Source: Bacteroidia bacterium (GTDB lineage: Bacteria; Bacteroidota; Bacteroidia; Bacteroidales; CAJPTX01). Taken from it: a stretch of 64,000 bases of DNA. The notes under the pieces are model-generated. The model did not search any database. It saw only the letters and a program-made list of their open reading frames with translations, and had not been told where the DNA came from. The stretch is from assembly GCA_013333195.2 (NCBI GenBank), contig JABCPG020000005.1:1522-65521 (forward strand). The letters run 5' to 3'. The translations under genes were made by a program, and so were the position numbers. Positions 60,549-64,000 of this stretch are shown here, piece after piece; positions within the stretch are counted from its first letter, which is position 1, and the number at the start of each line of letters is the position of its first letter.

Positions 60549-60806
60549 ATGGCAAGGGCTGTTAATACACCACGCGAAAAGCTGTCAATGGCATTGTTAA
60601 TAACTCGCAATAACAAACAAAAAGTTTATTTGGAATTTAAGAACGTCGAACCGATTGGGAAATTCTACGTAAGAAGCAAGCAAAAGAATTTACTTTTTCG
60701 CGCAACTTTTCAACAAGATATTCGCCCCAAAAAGACTTCTAATGGATATGTAAGTGAATTTGCAATTAACCGTATTTCACGTAAAATGAATACACATTTT
60801 CTATAA
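60549..60806 (+). CDS. Doubtful small hypothetical ORF
   Basis: 85 aa in an AT-rich segment with no recognisable motif. It may be non-coding. Confidence 0.2.
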   Translation: MARAVNTPREKLSMALLITRNNKQKVYLEFKNVEPIGKFYVRSKQKNLLFRATFQQDIRPKKTSNGYVSEFAINRISRKMNTHFL

Positions 60807-60964
60807 AACTCACCGAAAATCACCGTTTTTTATGTGAAATACGCCCTAAAATAGAAAACGGTTATAAACGCCTTTTAGGCTATTTAACACAGTTAATAGA
60901 ATATCACTATCATAACTAACCCTTTTTATGAAATTTAATTAAAAATATAATAGTCAGGGAGAGG

Positions 60965-62011
60965 ATGAAGGAACATAAGGGGCAGTCATCGCAAAGGGAC
61001 GAAAATTATAGGCAGGAGGGGATTATTGAAGAATCCGATGGCCAAATCCGTCCTCGTCAATTTAACGATTTTGCAGGGCAGGAGAAGATTCTAAAAAATT
61101 TGCGCGTTTACGTTCTTGCGGCGAAGGAGCGAGGCGAGCCGTTGGACCATGTGCTGTTCCATGGGCCTCCCGGGTTAGGAAAGACCACGCTGGCCCAAAT
61201 AGTTGCCAACGAGCTTGGCGTAGGTATCAAAATGACGAGCGGCCCCGCTATTGATAAGCCTGGGGATTTGGCTGGCATTCTCACGAACCTCGCGGTAGGG
61301 GATGTCCTTTTCATCGATGAAATCCATCGCCTTTCTCCCGTGGTGGAGGAGTATCTATACTCTGCCATGGAGGATTTCAGCATCGACATCATTATTGATA
61401 AGGGTCCCTCCGCGCGTAGTATCCAGTTGGGTCTTAATCCGTTCACCCTTGTGGGAGCCACCACGCGGAGCGGCTTGCTTACTGCCCCCTTGAGGGCGCG
61501 CTTTGGAATTAACTTCCTTCTAGAGTACTATGAAACTGACGTTATTGCATCGATTGTGCGGCGCTCATCAACTATTCTTAATGTGAAAATCGATGATGGG
61601 GCTGCGCAGGAGATAGCGCGAAGAAGTAGGGGCACACCGAGGATCGCGAATGCGCTACTGCGCAGGGTGAGAGATTTTGCGCAGGTTGAGGGGAGTGGCG
61701 ATATCGATTTACCCATTGCGCAGTACTCGTTGGATTCGTTGAGTATCGACTGTTTGGGCCTTGATTTGATGGATCGTAAAATTCTTCTTACCATTATCGA
61801 TAAATTTGCGGGTGGCCCCGTTGGGCTAAATACGATTGCGACGGCTGTAGGGGAGGATGCGGGTACGGTTGAAGATGTCTACGAACCCTACTTGATTAAA
61901 GAGGGTTTTTTGAAACGTACTCCCCGCGGGCGAGAGGTTACCGCGTTGGCGTACGAGCATTTTGGGCGTCAGCCTATGTTTAAGCAGCGCTCAATTTTCG
62001 ATGACTTCTAG
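60965..62011 (+). CDS. ruvB: Holliday junction branch-migration helicase RuvB
   Basis: 348 aa with [14 protein letters not shown] (Walker A), [10 protein letters not shown] (Walker B) and [18 protein letters not shown]. Confidence 0.96.
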   Translation: MKEHKGQSSQRDENYRQEGIIEESDGQIRPRQFNDFAGQEKILKNLRVYVLAAKERGEPLDHVLFHGPPGLGKTTLAQIVANELGVGIKMTSGPAIDKPGDLAGILTNLAVGDVLFIDEIHRLSPVVEEYLYSAMEDFSIDIIIDKGPSARSIQLGLNPFTLVGATTRSGLLTAPLRARFGINFLLEYYETDVIASIVRRSSTILNVKIDDGAAQEIARRSRGTPRIANALLRRVRDFAQVEGSGDIDLPIAQYSLDSLSIDCLGLDLMDRKILLTIIDKFAGGPVGLNTIATAVGEDAGTVEDVYEPYLIKEGFLKRTPRGREVTALAYEHFGRQPMFKQRSIFDDF

Positions 62012-62786
62012 CCGGTGAGTCTTTGTTGTATTTGTAATTCCTTCTTTTCCGCGAGTATTTATATTTATTTCCCTTTACGTGTGGTGCTGCTTGATTGTTT
62101 GTTGAACGAATGTGGGTGTGCGATTGTGCGTTTACTGCTTGGGGCTTCATTTTTACCTCATGCCACTTTGTTGATTCTTTAGGGAGAGCGTGCGATTTAT
62201 TTTAGCGGAATTGCACCATTCGCTTGATAGGGTAGGGGAAGCGAGTCTGTGGTGACGATACATATTTATTCTTCAGGTTGGTCAACGTTTTTGCTGGAAG
62301 TGCTGGTGGGCCTTGATTCGCTTTAGCTGATTCTCTTTACTTTTTTAGAGAATGGTTGCTTTTTTCTGCGCGGTGATTTCTCTTTACATGTTCATTTCTT
62401 TGTTGTTCTACTTAGCTACTTTTTTGCGTTCCGCGGAAAATTGGGGCTTCGCGTGGTTGTTTTTCAAATGGCTAGTTGCTTGGGGTGTGCCTGTCGACCA
62501 CTTTGTGTGGTGTTCACATTGTTGCTTGCGCCTAATTACCTAAATTGAGTTTTTATGGAATTATAGAGTGTTTTTAGCTTAGGTGCGTGCTGACTTTGGT
62601 ATTTTGCGTTTTAGGTTTTATTTATTTACTGCGCGATAGTTCTGTGTACAGCGTTTAGCTTTACCATTTGCAGTTGCGGTTGTGTGAATTATTTTTTAAT
62701 TGTGCGGAACGCCTTTTATCCTTCAGTTTATGCGGTTTGAATTTATTTCTATACACTAGCAATAACTCCTGTTTGATGATATTGAG

Positions 62787-62802
62787 TGTTCCACGTGGAA
62801 CG
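62787..62802. other. parS-type site 1
   Basis: TGTTCCACGTGGAACG has a perfect 14-bp palindromic core, GTTCCACGTGGAAC. It matches the symmetric parS variant TGTTCCACGTGGAACA at 15/16 positions. Confidence 0.7.
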
Positions 62803-62937
62803 CAAATACTACGGCAGGGGAGGTAATTTATTTCGTGTGACGTGCTTGGGTGTAGATTCTCCTTGGCTGTTTGAACCGTGCGAATGCCCTTTATTTTTGA
62901 GGTGGAAGGATACTATTTTCTTGCTTGTTCGTTATGG

Positions 62938-62953
62938 TGTTTCATGTGGAACA
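62938..62953. other. parS-type site 2 (degenerate)
   Basis: TGTTTCATGTGGAACA has one central C>T change relative to parS-type palindromes. Confidence 0.55.
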
Positions 62954-63081
62954 TTAAGCGTGCGACCCGTGTTGGGTGGCTTTCTTCTCTGGTTGCAAGG
63001 TTGGTTTCCTTCTTCCCGCAGGGGTTGAGACACCCATCTTTAAAGTGCAGTTGATGTGATTTTCCGGAATGCGTGTTGCTG

Positions 63082-63097
63082 CGTTTCACGTGAAACT
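63082..63097. other. parS-type site 3
   Basis: CGTTTCACGTGAAACT has a core, GTTTCACGTGAAAC, identical to the consensus parS TGTTTCACGTGAAACA. Confidence 0.75.
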
Positions 63098-63180
63098 TCT
63101 GCGCGGTGCGTTCACCGTGGGGAGCTGCATGGCTTTCCTTGCGAGGAGTGCCGGGTAATTTTGATGCTGGTTGGTGGTTG

Positions 63181-63196
63181 CGTTTCACGTGAAACA
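63181..63196. other. parS-type site 4
   Basis: CGTTTCACGTGAAACA matches the consensus parS at 15/16 positions. Confidence 0.75.
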
Positions 63197-63572
63197 CGAA
63201 TTGGGGTATTGGGTTTGAGTGCGCGGAGGTCCCCATTGGGCAGGGTTTGGTGGAGTTACGTTTTTCTGCATGGGAACGACGCGTTTCTAGCGGTATAGTG
63301 GTGCTGATGTTTTAGAGGTGGTAATTCCGTCACTTTAGTTCCAAGAGTTTGGTTTTTCCGCTTTGTGCGCATATGCTTCGGTGGGCGGTTGATGGAGGCA
63401 GGGGGTGGCGATTCGCTATGGGGCGGTGGGTGGTAGAAGGGTGCATGAGTTCGGCGTTGGGCGGATGGCATTGCTCAGGATGGAGCTTGGTGCTATCCAC
63501 CGGTCGATGTGACCATTGCTGGGAAGGGCTTATGTGTGGAGAAGAAGATTTTTGGATAATAGGATGTCTAGT

Positions 63573-64000
63573 TTATTCGTGGGACGTTGCCATACCCTCC
63601 AAAAAATTCCAAACGATGGAGGCTTTCTTGCTGCCTACCAGTTTTATCAATGGGTCTAGCCCTTCCCTTTTTACGTTTTCTAGACTCCCGTACGCTCGAT
63701 ATATGGTTTTAATGGTTTCTTTCCCTATCCCATCTAGCTCGCTGAGAACGGAATGTTCAGTCTCCTTTTGGTGTTTCTTCCTGTAGTGGGTTATGCCAAA
63801 TCGGTGTGCCTCGTCCCTTAGGCTTTGCATAAGCTTTAGCTCATCGCTCCTCTTATCGAGGTAAATGGGGTAGGGGTCGTTCGGGAGGTAGATTTCTTCC
63901 AGCTTTTCCGCCAGCGCAACGATAGGCAGCTTATCAATGAGATTCAATTCCTTGAGGGTTTCTACGCCGATATGTAGCTGTCCCTTCCCCCCATCTAGAA
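63573..64000 (-). CDS. uvrC: Excinuclease ABC subunit C, C-terminal part; the 5' end lies outside the window
   Basis: The frame is open to the window edge. An endonuclease V-like region (LMQSLRDEAHRFGITHYRKK) is followed by the (HhH)2 tail ELDGIGKETIKTIYRAYGSLENVK. Confidence 0.88.
   Translation of the reverse strand, partial: LDGGKGQLHIGVETLKELNLIDKLPIVALAEKLEEIYLPNDPYPIYLDKRSDELKLMQSLRDEAHRFGITHYRKKHQKETEHSVLSELDGIGKETIKTIYRAYGSLENVKREGLDPLIKLVGSKKASIVWNFLEGMATSHE

Noticed and set aside
62787-63196. Possibility that the four repeated palindromes form a CRISPR array.
   Set aside because: The repeats are only 14-16 bp, spacing is irregular (about 151, 144 and 99 bp), there are no cas genes, and the sequence matches the parS consensus instead.
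62352-63786. ORF-track entries inside the ruvB-uvrC gene desert (62352..62543, 62786..63028, 62913..63236 -, 63056..63298, 63256..63471 -, 63349..63786).
   Set aside because: Their composition is not protein-like. Several start or pivot on the parS palindromes (giving FHVKR, FHVER and VSRETS peptides), and the last one runs antisense into uvrC.

Overview
This is a 64-kb chromosomal window from a moderately GC-rich (judged by eye) Bacteroidota, probably Bacteroidales-like, genome. That assignment rests on a SusC/SusD pair, a T9SS C-terminal sorting domain, a GldB-like lipoprotein and TAnnTTTG -7 promoter boxes. I call about 47 protein-coding genes. Most are housekeeping: hisS 3' end, hutH, ruvX, def, eno, polA, fumC, ADP-forming acetate-CoA ligase, tsaC, an SDR-type threonine-dehydrogenase-like gene, rfbB, hydF, aroA, fhs, trkA, ruvB and uvrC 3' end. 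I recognised no rRNA, tRNA, CRISPR array, transposase or integrase. Six things deserve a second look. (1) A 1.56-kb gene-free spacer between the convergent ruvB and uvrC genes carries four parS-type palindromes (GTTYCAYGTGRAAC) within about 410 bp. It also has three DnaA-box-like 9-mers, and intergenic strand composition flips there from A/C-rich to T/G-rich, so it is a candidate centromere/oriC region. (2) A seven-gene co-directional locus runs SusC-type receptor, SusD-like, lipoprotein, membrane-tethered CobN-like chelatase, polytopic membrane protein, MotA/ExbB-like, small ExbD/DUF2149-like protein. It resembles the hmuSTUV haem module but has a SusC/D front end, and the CobN homologue carries a roughly 190-aa His/Pro/Gln-rich insert. 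(3) Three methyl-accepting chemotaxis protein genes, two of them a tandem pair, have no che genes in the window. (4) A roughly 50-bp palindromic element is present in two copies. (5) A ParA-family gene is translationally coupled to a 93-aa partner instead of ParB. (6) A decayed, AT-richer segment lies upstream of the 3' end of fumC. All coordinates and motifs were read by eye. Homology statements are motif-level recognition, not database searches.
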